NCBI GenBank assembly: GCA_039933985.1
Contig: JBDTNA010000001.1
Span: 1-49,564, forward strand
Length of the DNA: 49,564 nt
From: Gemmatimonadales bacterium
GTDB lineage: Bacteria > Gemmatimonadota > Gemmatimonadetes > Gemmatimonadales > Gemmatimonadaceae
Direction: 5' to 3'
The notes beneath the pieces were generated by a model that ran no database searches, was not told the origin of the DNA, and saw only the letters and a program-made list of their open reading frames with translations. Of this stretch, positions 18,255 through 28,084 are shown piece by piece; the stretch's first letter is position 1, and each line of letters begins with the position of its first letter. The position numbers and the translations under genes were made by a program.

Positions 18255-18800
18255 TCAGACCAGGAGCTCGCTGATACTTGTCAGGCTGACAACATCATAG
18301 CCGCGGGCCTTGATTGCCTCTCTTCCTCCATCCTCGCGATCGACTACTGCAAGAATGCCCACGATCACTCCGCCGGCATCCTCGACAGCATCGATTGCCT
18401 GAATGGCTGATTTGCCGGTTGTAATCACATCTTCGACAACGACGACCCTGTCACCTGATCTGAAGGGACCTTCGATCAAATTCCCGGTACCGTGTTTCTT
18501 TGCTTCCTTCCGTACGGTAAATGCGCGAAGCGGAGGCGATCGATTGGCACTGGCATAGCTGATGGCAAATGCAACCGGATCTGCACCCAGGGTAAGCCCA
18601 CCAATCGACTCCGGTTTCCATTTCATCGCATCGAACTTTTCGAGGGCAAGATCTCCGATCGTAACCATGCCCTCGGGGCTCATTGTGGTGAGCCGAGCAT
18701 CGACATAGAATGTCGAGGACTTGCCCGACGCGAGTACGAAGTTCCCTTTCTGTACCGATCGTTCGACAAGAAGCTGCTTCAATGTCTCGGTGTTGCTCAT
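18255..18800 (-). CDS. pyrE: Orotate phosphoribosyltransferase
   Basis: FVLASGKSSTFYVD, VRKEAKKHGT, VVVEDVITTG, VVDR. Confidence 0.95.
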   Translation of the reverse strand: MSNTETLKQLLVERSVQKGNFVLASGKSSTFYVDARLTTMSPEGMVTIGDLALEKFDAMKWKPESIGGLTLGADPVAFAISYASANRSPPLRAFTVRKEAKKHGTGNLIEGPFRSGDRVVVVEDVITTGKSAIQAIDAVEDAGGVIVGILAVVDREDGGREAIKARGYDVVSLTSISELLV

Positions 18801-18837
18801 AGCGCTCGGGTTAAGCTGCCGGTATCATGGCGTAGCG

Positions 18838-19773
18838 ATGCAACCGCTCTTCTACCTGATTCTGGGCGCCGTCGTAATTGGGCTGGCGCTGCTGCTGCAA
18901 CATGAGCGACGCCAGGCGGCGCGTCTAGTCGAGCGATCACGCGAGCTAGAGCGTCTTTCCTCCGAGCTACTTCGTGCGAATCGCATGAAGAACGATTTTC
19001 TGGCGAACGTCTCCCATGAGTTGCGAACTCCACTGAACGCAATCGTCGGCTTTGTCGATCTGCTTCGTGAGGGTGTATATGGAGAGCTCAGTCCTCGTCA
19101 GGTAAAACCGGTTGAGCGGATCGAAGCTTCGGCAAATCATCTTCGCCATCTCGTCGATCAGATTCTCGATCTGGCGAAGATGGCTGCCGGGCGACTGGAC
19201 GTTCATGCCGAATCACTCGACGTGCGTCCCTTTATTCTCGATGTCGCGAGTGAAGTGGAATCACTCCTCAACGAAAAGAGCCTGAGCCTCTCGCTTGTCA
19301 TGGGTGGAGCGTTGCCTAGGATACGGACGGACCCAACCCATTTGCGCCAGGTTCTTGTGAATCTGATCGGAAATGCGGTCAAGTATACCGACGCAGGCTC
19401 CATCGTTGTGAAGACTCGTATGTTGCCGCGGGAAACCGCTCTATCAGAAGGCCTCCCGCAGCTCGCCGCGAGCGCTCAGAACGACATCAGCTCGTGGCTT
19501 GCGGTTCAGGTGATCGATTCAGGGATTGGAATCGACACCACAGACCAGGAACGGGTTTTTGAGGAATTTGAGCAGGTAGACTCAGGCCCGAGGGCCGACT
19601 CGCCTCATCGTGGTACCGGTCTCGGGCTGACGATATCGAGGCGGTTGGCGCGGCTGCTCGATGGGGACCTTGTTCTGGCAAGCAAGTCCGGAAAGGGCTC
19701 GACGTTTACGCTTTGGCTGCCGGTAAACGGTCCTGAGCTACTTCCCGCGGAACATGCCGCGCATTCTGCCTAG
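18838..19773 (+). CDS. Histidine kinase (single TM, HisKA plus HATPase)
   Basis: FLANVSHELRTPL, NLIGNAVKYT, DSGIGI, FEEFEQ, GTGLGL; ATG 18838 chosen to avoid overlap with pyrE. Confidence 0.92.
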   Translation: MQPLFYLILGAVVIGLALLLQHERRQAARLVERSRELERLSSELLRANRMKNDFLANVSHELRTPLNAIVGFVDLLREGVYGELSPRQVKPVERIEASANHLRHLVDQILDLAKMAAGRLDVHAESLDVRPFILDVASEVESLLNEKSLSLSLVMGGALPRIRTDPTHLRQVLVNLIGNAVKYTDAGSIVVKTRMLPRETALSEGLPQLAASAQNDISSWLAVQVIDSGIGIDTTDQERVFEEFEQVDSGPRADSPHRGTGLGLTISRRLARLLDGDLVLASKSGKGSTFTLWLPVNGPELLPAEHAAHSA

Positions 19774-20670
19774 GATCCCCGTCTCTTCCGTTTCCTGAGC
19801 GACCGGGCCCTTTGCCTCTACCGGGCTCGCCACAGCTTCCTGGAAAGCGTTTGTGAAGGCCATGACGTCCGGGTACCGGTTGGCCGGGTCCTTTGACAAA
19901 GCCTTCATAACGACCCTTTCAAGGGCGCCGGAGAAATTGAGCCGTTCCTTCGCCTGATTGAGGGGAATAGGGGGAAGGGTCAACAATTGTGTAAACATCT
20001 CACGGGGAGCCTTGGCGGTATACGGCAGGGTTCTCGTGAGGAGGTAGTAGGCAATCGTGGCGAGACTGTATTGATCAGCCGCTGGCGTCACTATCTCTCC
20101 TGACAAAGCTTCAGGAGCTATGTACATGAGTGAGCCGACGAAAAATCCAGCACGTGTAAGACGCTCGTCCGCGGGTGCCTGGACGTCAGTTGCTATGCCG
20201 AAGTCGAGGAGCTTTACCTGATGAGTCTCAGGGTCGTACATGACGTTCTCAGGCTTGAGATCCCGATGCACGATCTTGGCAGCGTGGGCAGCATGTACAG
20301 CCGCTCCGATCTGCGTGATGATGATTGCCGTTTCTTCGCAGGAAAGCGGTGCGTTGATCTTGGCGTACTTCTCGAGCAGCTCTCCCGCCGCCCATTCGAT
20401 CGCGAGAAAGTGAAGGCCGGTATCGGATTCACCGATTTCGATCGTTTTGACGACGTTGGGATGCAGAACACGCGTGCCGTATTTGGCTTCGCGGACAAAA
20501 CGCGCGACAGCAGTACGGTCATGCCGCAGCTTCTCTCGGAGGACCTTGAGAGCGACGGTGCCGTTGATCGGATGCTGAGCTCTGTACACCGCCGATGTAC
20601 CGCCCTCTCCAACCTCACTCTGTATCGTGTACCCGGCTATCTTAGAGCCGATCAAACTCTGTTGAGACAC
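19738..20670 (-). CDS. Hanks-type Ser/Thr protein kinase, cytoplasmic
   Basis: GEGGTSAVY, VALK, HRDLKPEN, DFG, APE, DQYSL; likely GTG start at 20670. Confidence 0.93.
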   Translation of the reverse strand: MSQQSLIGSKIAGYTIQSEVGEGGTSAVYRAQHPINGTVALKVLREKLRHDRTAVARFVREAKYGTRVLHPNVVKTIEIGESDTGLHFLAIEWAAGELLEKYAKINAPLSCEETAIIITQIGAAVHAAHAAKIVHRDLKPENVMYDPETHQVKLLDFGIATDVQAPADERLTRAGFFVGSLMYIAPEALSGEIVTPAADQYSLATIAYYLLTRTLPYTAKAPREMFTQLLTLPPIPLNQAKERLNFSGALERVVMKALSKDPANRYPDVMAFTNAFQEAVASPVEAKGPVAQETEETGILGRMRGMFRGK

Positions 20671-20719
20671 GCGGGCGAAGGTAACAGAAACCGATTTATG
20701 ACGATAGGGTAAATCAAGA

Positions 20720-22132
20720 ATGAGCATCTCAATGTTTCGTCGCCCGGTTGCGTTTTGTCTCATCATTGCAGCTACTGCTGCCTGCAGCAGCGCTAACCAG
20801 CGACCAGGCAGATCTCCCGGTATGCTTCCTCCAACGGTACTCGGCGGGAATCTCGATCAGCCAGGCAGGGACCCGAGCCTGATCTACAATCAGATGGGAC
20901 TGATTGCGACGGGCAGTCCGCTTCCCTATGTCGGCAAGATTGCCTACTTCGCGGGGCGGACACCGGATACGACGACGATCCTCGCCAGCATCTCGATCCC
21001 CAACCGGGTTCTGAGTTTCGTGCGCGATGGCGACACCTACCGCGCACCGTATGAAGTGCGTCTGAAGATGAGCCAGGGCGCCAACGAAGTTAAAACCGTT
21101 AACGCCATGGAAGTCGTCCGTGTTGGGACGTTCAAGGAAGTGAACCGGACCGACGAAAGCGTAATCTTCCAGAACTATTTCAAACTGCCGCCGGGAGATT
21201 ACACAGTCTCGTTCATGGTGCGGGACATTGGAAGCAATCGAAGCGCGACACAGGAAGGCTCTATCACTGTGCCTCGTTTGACGCAGGGACGTCTCTCCAC
21301 ACCACTTCTCGTCTACGAAGCATCACGGCGTGTCACACTCGACTCACTGCCGCGCCTGCTTGCGAGCCCGCGATCGAGTGCGGTATTCGGCCAGGACAGC
21401 ACTATTTCTGTCTATTTGGAAGCGTACGGACAGCAGACAAGGCTTCCGGTTTCGTTCGTGGTTCAGAATGACAAGGGAGCTGTAACGTGGCGCGATACAA
21501 CCATGCTTGAAAGAACGGGGAATCTTCTGAGCGGCGCCGTCAAAATTCCTATCTCGCGGGTGGGCATTGGAATCGCGAACGTCACGTTTACGAGAGCAGA
21601 TGCAACCGACACGGTGCGGACACCTGTATTCGTGAGCTTTGGCAGTGACATTCCGCTCGTCTCGTTCGAAGACCTGCTGAATCAGCTTCGCTACTACGTT
21701 GCGCCGGACAGGCTGAACGCACTGCGGAACACCTCTGCCGAATCACGTGGCCAGGCCTGGGCGACGTTCCTGCGGGCCAGCGATCCCGCTCCGGCCACGC
21801 CAGAACATGAGGGACTTCAGACGTATTTTGGGCGCCTGCAACAGGCAAACCTTCGGTTCCGGGATGATGGAAGCGCACGTGGGGGATGGCTCACAGATCG
21901 TGCGAAGGTCTACGTGGTTCTCGGAGAGCCCGACCAGCTGTATGAGCAGAATACGAACGGTCCGATAACGCGGACATCTGTATCGCAGCGCGGACGACTG
22001 CAGTACTGGGAGTACGGTCAGTATCGGGTAAGGCTCATCTTCTACGATGATTCAGGCTCGGGACGCTGGCGCCTTACTCCGATCAGTGAAACGGAATTCC
22101 AAAATATAAACGCACGTCTACTGATTCACTGA
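20720..22132 (+). CDS. GWxTD domain-containing lipoprotein
   Basis: Lipobox TAAC; GWLTDRAKVYVVLGEPD and QYWEY motifs. Confidence 0.85.
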   Translation: MSISMFRRPVAFCLIIAATAACSSANQRPGRSPGMLPPTVLGGNLDQPGRDPSLIYNQMGLIATGSPLPYVGKIAYFAGRTPDTTTILASISIPNRVLSFVRDGDTYRAPYEVRLKMSQGANEVKTVNAMEVVRVGTFKEVNRTDESVIFQNYFKLPPGDYTVSFMVRDIGSNRSATQEGSITVPRLTQGRLSTPLLVYEASRRVTLDSLPRLLASPRSSAVFGQDSTISVYLEAYGQQTRLPVSFVVQNDKGAVTWRDTTMLERTGNLLSGAVKIPISRVGIGIANVTFTRADATDTVRTPVFVSFGSDIPLVSFEDLLNQLRYYVAPDRLNALRNTSAESRGQAWATFLRASDPAPATPEHEGLQTYFGRLQQANLRFRDDGSARGGWLTDRAKVYVVLGEPDQLYEQNTNGPITRTSVSQRGRLQYWEYGQYRVRLIFYDDSGSGRWRLTPISETEFQNINARLLIH

Positions 22133-22166
22133 TCGACTGACGGCAAGGCATGCCTTTATTAGCGAC

Positions 22167-22195
22167 TTGACAAAAATCCGGGCCGATTCTATATA
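22167..22195 (+). promoter_or_regulatory. Sigma70 promoter of the cold-shock gene
   Basis: TTGACA-N17-TATATA. Confidence 0.65.
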
Positions 22196-22230
22196 AGCGC
22201 GCACCCGAATACATGCCGGAGGCGTCTCAC

Positions 22231-22440
22231 ATGGCCAGGGGAAAGGTGAAGTGGTTCAATGATGCCAAGGGATACGGCTTCATCGAACAGGAGGGGGGAG
22301 ATGACGTTTTCGTGCACTTCTCCGCCATCTCGATGGAAGGCTTCAAGACGTTGGCAGAAGGACAGCAGGTGGAGTTCGAAATCGAAACAGGCAACAAGGG
22401 GCTTCACGCGACAAACGTCCAAGCAATGGTCCCCGCCTGA
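22231..22440 (+). CDS. Cold-shock protein (CspA family)
   Basis: [24 protein letters not shown]; GGAGG SD before ATG 22231. Confidence 0.96.
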   Translation: MARGKVKWFNDAKGYGFIEQEGGDDVFVHFSAISMEGFKTLAEGQQVEFEIETGNKGLHATNVQAMVPA

Positions 22441-22471
22441 CGTCGAAACGGCTCGACAACTGAAGGTCCTC

Positions 22472-22511
22472 GCGTCCCTGTTCCGCTCAATGCAGACAGG
22501 GACGCTTCTTT
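22472..22511 (+). terminator. Intrinsic terminator after csp
   Basis: gcgtccctgt...acagggacgc stem followed by ttcttt. Confidence 0.65.
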
Positions 22512-22518
22512 ATATTGA

Positions 22519-25500
22519 GTGATGCAGCCGCCAGAATCACCGCGCCTTTTTCTCATAGACGGATACGCGCTCATCTATCGCGCGTTCTACGCACTCATCT
22601 CCCGCCCGCTCACCACCAGCAAGGGAGAGAACACATCCGCTGTCTGGGGCATCTCCAGCTTCATTCAGCGACTGCTGGAGAAGCACAAGCCGGAATATCT
22701 GGCATGGGTACACGATTCCGGACTCTCGTTCCGCCACGAGACTTATCCCGCATACAAGGCAACGCGGGAGAAGCTGACAGAAGAACTCCAGGCTGACTTT
22801 GACCGCGGCATGGACAGAATCCGCCAGCTCCTCGAGGCGTATCGGATTCCGATCATCTCTCTTCGCGGATACGAAGCAGACGATGTCATCGGTACACTCG
22901 TGGTAAAAGGACTCGAGAACAAGCTGAACGTCATTGTCGTGTCGGGAGACAAAGATTTTCAGCAGCTCGTCAAGCCCGGTGTCTGGCTTCTCAATCCTGG
23001 AAGAGGCGGACCGGCTGGCGTCGAAGAACACTGGGTTGGAATGGAGAACGCCTCCGAACGACTCGGCGTCCCCCCTCACCACGTCATCGACTATCTCGCT
23101 CTCGTCGGTGACTCATCGGACAACATTCCGGGAGTAAAGGGGATCGGCGACAAAACAGCGTGCGAGCTGGTCGCACAGTATGGCACGCTCGAATCGATTC
23201 TCGAGCACGCAAATGAAATCACCAAAAAGCGTCCGCGTGAGGCGCTGCTGCAATACGCCGACAACGCGAGACTCTCGAAAGAATTAGTAACAATTCGCGA
23301 CAATTTAGCTGTCTCGTTCGACCCCGAAACGATGCGCCTGAGTGAGCCGGACTATGTCAGACTCCGCGATCTGTACGTAGAGCTCGAGTTTCATTCACTC
23401 GCAAAGAATGTTGCGGCCCTTGCTGCGCAAACGCCGCCTTCTGCTCCTCTTGTCGCAACATCGGCCTCCGCGTCCGTCTACGTTTCTCCAGAAGCCGTAG
23501 TCAGGAAAGTCAGCTACAACACGGTCGATACTCTCGACGGCCTGCATGAGCTGATCGCGCGAGCACGATCGGCAGGAACGATCTCGATCGGCACCGAGAC
23601 AATCGTGAGCGCTGACGCTCCGGTGAAGTCAGACCCACTTCGGTCGACACTTATATCCATTGCTATCGGGACAGCACCCGGAGAAGCGTGGTATCTGCCG
23701 CTGCGCCACACTGATTGGCACGGCGCACAAGGAGAGCTGCTCATCGATGTGGCCGGCGATCGCTCGCCTACCGATGCACCGGAAGATCGCGGTCTCGTGA
23801 GAGGTGGCGATGAGCCCTTGGCCTCTCCTCCAAAAAGCACCTCAAAGACAAGCTCTTCACTCAGTGGAATTGCGGGAAATCTTCTGGCTGCCAGAGGAAA
23901 TCGCACCGTCGTTAGAAATCTTCCCGACATCATGTCGGAAGAGATGAAGCCATTCAGGGCTCTCCTCGAAGATCCGTCGGTGAAGAAGGCCGCACAGAAT
24001 TCGAAGTATGACATCCTGGTGCTGCGACGCGCCGGAGTCAGTCTGGAGGGGCTCGATTTCGATACGATGCTCGCAAGCTACGTCCTCGATCCAGGCAGGC
24101 GATCACACGGGCTGGATGTTCTTGCGCTCGAGTTTCTCGATCACTCGATGATGTCGTACACGGATCTCTGCGGAAAGGGCAAGACAGCAGTCCCGTTCGA
24201 CCAGTGTCCTGTTGATGCAGCTCGTGACTACTCGTGTGAAGACGTCGACATGGTTCTCAGGATTCGGGAGGTCTTCGAGCCGCAGCTCGACAGCTCTGAA
24301 GTAAGAAAGCTGCTCGAGAATATCGAGGTTCCCCTCGTATACACGCTGTCGGAAGTCGAATGGACCGGAATCACTATCGACGTGTCGTGGTTCCGTTCTC
24401 TCAAGGAAAGATTCCGCCGCGAAAGAGAGGCGGTCGAGAAACAGATTTACTCAGAAGCGGGAATCGAGTTCAACATCAATTCGAATCCGCAACTTCGTGA
24501 AATTCTTTTCACGCGACTTGGCTTGCCCGTTCTAAAAAAGACAAGTACTGGACCGTCGACCGATGCCAGCGTTTTGCAGGAGTTGGCCGAAGCAGGCCAC
24601 ACTCTGCCGACCCTGTTAATGGAATACAGAGAGCTCGCGAAGCTCGAGAGCACATATCTCGACGCATTGCCGGTGATGGTGAATCCGCAAACCGGCAGGC
24701 TTCATACATCCTACAGCCAGACGGTGGCAGCAACCGGTCGTTTGTCGTCCAGTGATCCGAATCTTCAGAACATTCCGATTCGAAGAGAGCTTGGGCGAGA
24801 TATCCGCCGAGGTTTTGTCCCGAGATCGGGCTGGAAGCTTCTTGCTGCAGACTATTCTCAAATCGAGCTCAGGCTACTGGCGCACCTCTCAGGTGATGCT
24901 GCGTTTGTCGAAGCATTTAAAGCAGGTGGAGACATTCATCGTCAGACCGCGGCAATCATTTTCGATGTTCCACTCGATCAGGTGACATCTGAAATGCGTG
25001 GCCGTGCGAAGACGATCAACTTCGCGACAATTTATGGACAGGGCGCACGCGCTCTCTCGCAACAGCTCAAGATCGAGCATGGCGAAGCAAAGGCATTCAT
25101 TGCGAAATATTTCGAGCGATTCAGTGGTATCAGGGCGTACCTGGACTCCAGTGTGGAGTTCGCGCGCGTCCATGGATATGTCACGACAATCTTTGGACGC
25201 CGTCGGTATGTCCCGGAGCTGCGTGAGCGCAATTTCAATATCCGCGCTTTTGGAGAACGCGCAGCAGCGAACTCCCCGCTTCAGGGATCGGCCGCCGATC
25301 TAATCAAGATTGCGATGATCAAGATCGACGGAGCACTTCGCCAAAGCGGACACTCTGCGAGAATGCTGCTTCAGGTACACGACGAGCTCGTGTTTGAAGT
25401 TCCACCTGAAGAGCTCGATGCAATCAAGGTTCTCGTGAAGCGCGAGATGGAAGGCGCAGCGGAGCTCTCGGTTCCTCTTGTTGTCGATATTGGCGTTGGA

Positions 25501-25524
25501 GCCAACTGGCTGGAGACGAAATAG
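22519..25524 (+). CDS. polA: DNA polymerase I
   Basis: 5'-3' exonuclease (LIDG, YEADD, GDSSDNIPGV), 3'-5' exonuclease-like domain, motifs A/B/C (ADYSQIELR, KTINFATIYG, QVHDEL); start GTG 22519 or ATG 22522. Confidence 0.98.
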   Translation: MMQPPESPRLFLIDGYALIYRAFYALISRPLTTSKGENTSAVWGISSFIQRLLEKHKPEYLAWVHDSGLSFRHETYPAYKATREKLTEELQADFDRGMDRIRQLLEAYRIPIISLRGYEADDVIGTLVVKGLENKLNVIVVSGDKDFQQLVKPGVWLLNPGRGGPAGVEEHWVGMENASERLGVPPHHVIDYLALVGDSSDNIPGVKGIGDKTACELVAQYGTLESILEHANEITKKRPREALLQYADNARLSKELVTIRDNLAVSFDPETMRLSEPDYVRLRDLYVELEFHSLAKNVAALAAQTPPSAPLVATSASASVYVSPEAVVRKVSYNTVDTLDGLHELIARARSAGTISIGTETIVSADAPVKSDPLRSTLISIAIGTAPGEAWYLPLRHTDWHGAQGELLIDVAGDRSPTDAPEDRGLVRGGDEPLASPPKSTSKTSSSLSGIAGNLLAARGNRTVVRNLPDIMSEEMKPFRALLEDPSVKKAAQNSKYDILVLRRAGVSLEGLDFDTMLASYVLDPGRRSHGLDVLALEFLDHSMMSYTDLCGKGKTAVPFDQCPVDAARDYSCEDVDMVLRIREVFEPQLDSSEVRKLLENIEVPLVYTLSEVEWTGITIDVSWFRSLKERFRREREAVEKQIYSEAGIEFNINSNPQLREILFTRLGLPVLKKTSTGPSTDASVLQELAEAGHTLPTLLMEYRELAKLESTYLDALPVMVNPQTGRLHTSYSQTVAATGRLSSSDPNLQNIPIRRELGRDIRRGFVPRSGWKLLAADYSQIELRLLAHLSGDAAFVEAFKAGGDIHRQTAAIIFDVPLDQVTSEMRGRAKTINFATIYGQGARALSQQLKIEHGEAKAFIAKYFERFSGIRAYLDSSVEFARVHGYVTTIFGRRRYVPELRERNFNIRAFGERAAANSPLQGSAADLIKIAMIKIDGALRQSGHSARMLLQVHDELVFEVPPEELDAIKVLVKREMEGAAELSVPLVVDIGVGANWLETK

Positions 25525-25532
25525 GGCTGCTG

Positions 25533-26501
25533 TTAAGTCACCGGTCGCGGATGGTGCCTGAATGCCGCCCAGTAAGCGCCGAATGGCAACGTTGCGACGT
25601 ATAGCGCCGCCCACCATGGATTGAGGAGCGCAGTCACCACCGCGAACTGCGCCACGTATGACGCCAAAACGAAGAGAAGAGCAAAGAGTATCGTAAACAT
25701 CGCCGGGTCGTCCGGATTTTTGCTTTTCTTCAGGGCGAGATCTCGCGCGTAGTTGATCACATAGCGGTGGGTTAACTCACCCCATGCAGCCAGCGGGGAC
25801 GCAAGCGGATGAATGCCTCCCTTGCGCTTGATCGCTTCGCGATCAGGTGATGGCTCTGGCTGCTTCAGCGAAACTGCGGTGAGTCGCTCGGTCACGATGT
25901 CGGTCAGGCTTTCCACGCCGATCGTTCCCGCCTGGTCCATCAGTATGGCCTCTCCAACCTGTGCAAGGACTGCCGTCCCCGGATTTCCCTTGTCCTCGAA
26001 GCTCAAGCCGAGCGGAATGATTTGCAGTCCAGGTATTTCGCGCATATCGCGAGCTTCGAGCGCAATTCGGGAGACTCCGGTTTTCAACGGAGCAAGAGAT
26101 GGCTCGCTGTGGCTCTTTCCTTCCGGAAAGATGAGAACCATCCCGCCTTTCTCGAGAACGTCGAGGATACTCTCGAACGCGCCAGTGTTTCGACCGGCAT
26201 CGATCGTCGGTTGACCAACTTGCTTTCGCTCGTCACTCGCACGGCGAAGTGGCACAACCCCGACTGCAGGGAAGAGCCATGCGAGAAATGCGTTGTCCAT
26301 CAATGTCGCTTTTGCAGTCAGCGTCAACCGACGCGGCGCTATCCAGCCGGCAATGAGTGCATCGACCAACGCGTTATGATGACTGGCTGCAATCAGAACC
26401 GGACCTTTCGCAGGTATTCTTTCTTTGCCGATTACCTGGATACTCGAATAGAACCAATGCAGCGCGATTCCCGTGAACCAGCGCAGCAGACGATAGATCA
26501 T
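25533..26501 (-). CDS. Glycerolipid acyltransferase (PlsC-like)
   Basis: HHNALVD (HX4D), FPEGKSH, KTG motifs; C-terminal TM helices; ATGA overlap with the MFS gene. Confidence 0.85.
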   Translation of the reverse strand: MIYRLLRWFTGIALHWFYSSIQVIGKERIPAKGPVLIAASHHNALVDALIAGWIAPRRLTLTAKATLMDNAFLAWLFPAVGVVPLRRASDERKQVGQPTIDAGRNTGAFESILDVLEKGGMVLIFPEGKSHSEPSLAPLKTGVSRIALEARDMREIPGLQIIPLGLSFEDKGNPGTAVLAQVGEAILMDQAGTIGVESLTDIVTERLTAVSLKQPEPSPDREAIKRKGGIHPLASPLAAWGELTHRYVINYARDLALKKSKNPDDPAMFTILFALLFVLASYVAQFAVVTALLNPWWAALYVATLPFGAYWAAFRHHPRPVT

Positions 26502-27928
26502 GCAGCGACCTGATGTCTCCACTTATCGGGGACTTTCCACAGCAGCACAAATGACAGGAACATGCTGATGATCACTGTTACGACTGCCGCCCGATAAGCG
26601 ACCCCAACTCCGAATGACGGAAGCAGTCCGTCTACCGTCCAACCCCAGATGAGTGGGCCAGCAATTGCAGCCGCGCGTGAAGACAAAACCATCAAGCTGA
26701 AAAAGCGAGCGGCTTCGACATCGGGCACGAGTGTCAAGAGGAGTGGGCGCTCAGCTGTAGCGACACCTCCGAAGATCAACCCGATACCCCCGCCGACAAG
26801 CCAGAAGCTCAGTCTGTTCGGCACGAGAATCATCGCAACAAGAAGTATGACCCAGCCAGCGATGACGAATACCAGGCTCTTCTTCGGGCCGATTCTGTCT
26901 ACGAGGCGACCGATGAAAAAGCTGCCGATTGCAGCCGGAACAGTCAGCACGACAAAAAGAGTTACCTCCGAGCCCTTCTCGAAGCCCATGGCTTTTACCG
27001 CATAGAGCGCCATGTAGCCGATGATTGTGCCGATGGCATCCTGGTAGAGAAAAGATGCAAGCAGAAAACGCAGCGCTCCGGGATACTTCTTCGAATCCCG
27101 AATCGTTTGGATAACTCCCGCGAACGCTTCTTTCCATTCGACCCTCTTTCCGACACGGACATTGTGATCTCGGCAGAAGATGAACAGGGGAAGCGAAAAC
27201 AACAGGAACAGAAGCGCGGTAGGGACGAAGGTGGAAACCCGCCCGGCATTGCTGGTGAATGGGATCGTCCGAAGAATGCCGAGCACGCTCTCGGGAAACT
27301 GACCGACGATCGGCATGGCTCCGTTGAAGAACGGCGAGACGAGCAGCACTCCAACGATCGAGCCCACGTACCCGAGTCCGGTGCCAATTCCTGAAAGTCG
27401 TCCCAGCTCATTCGCCGGCACGAGCTCGAACATCATCGCGTTGTAGAACGGCATCGCTCCCTGGTAGGCCCAGTTTGCGAGAATGAAAGCGGTGAGGATC
27501 GCAAACGCCGGCAGTCCAGCAATAGTGTAGGACGTGACAGACGGATTCTTGACGGCCTCGCCTATCAGCGGCACGATCGTCTGCCCGACAACACCCATGA
27601 CGATGACCATTGCCACCGAAATCAGCGTAAAGCCTACAACCCACGGCTTTCTGCGCTGAGTCGCATCGGAGATCGCTCCGAACAAGGGAATGGAGAAGAC
27701 AACGAGCACCGACGAGATGCTCGTGGCCAATGCAGCCATCGTGTTTGAGGCTCCGATATCATCGACCAGCCACACCGCGAAGAAGAGCGTCGCGATGTTC
27801 ATGGAGAAAATCGTGTTCGAGAAATCGTAGAGTGCCCAGCTCCAGCGCTCCCTTGCCGGCGCCCTGGCTACAGCAACCACATCTCCGGTGTCGGTGATGA
27901 CTGGTGCTGGATGTGGGGGGTGTGTCAT
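26498..27928 (-). CDS. MFS transporter (UMF1/ATG22-like)
   Basis: SWALYDFSN, FYNAM, GRLSG.G.GLGYVG, DRIGPKK; about 12 TM segments. Confidence 0.88.
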   Translation of the reverse strand: MTHPPHPAPVITDTGDVVAVARAPARERWSWALYDFSNTIFSMNIATLFFAVWLVDDIGASNTMAALATSISSVLVVFSIPLFGAISDATQRRKPWVVGFTLISVAMVIVMGVVGQTIVPLIGEAVKNPSVTSYTIAGLPAFAILTAFILANWAYQGAMPFYNAMMFELVPANELGRLSGIGTGLGYVGSIVGVLLVSPFFNGAMPIVGQFPESVLGILRTIPFTSNAGRVSTFVPTALLFLLFSLPLFIFCRDHNVRVGKRVEWKEAFAGVIQTIRDSKKYPGALRFLLASFLYQDAIGTIIGYMALYAVKAMGFEKGSEVTLFVVLTVPAAIGSFFIGRLVDRIGPKKSLVFVIAGWVILLVAMILVPNRLSFWLVGGGIGLIFGGVATAERPLLLTLVPDVEAARFFSLMVLSSRAAAIAGPLIWGWTVDGLLPSFGVGVAYRAAVVTVIISMFLSFVLLWKVPDKWRHQVAA

Positions 27929-28084
27929 CGATTCAGCCGTCTGCCTGATACTTCCATGGCGCTCATTTCTCTCGAAGAAAGGACGTATTACGGAATGGAA
28001 GTTGTCTGAATGTGAGGAGCTATCGAATACGTAAGGTGACGTAGCACGTCGCCACGGGGGTCGAGGGGCTACAAATTACCACTT

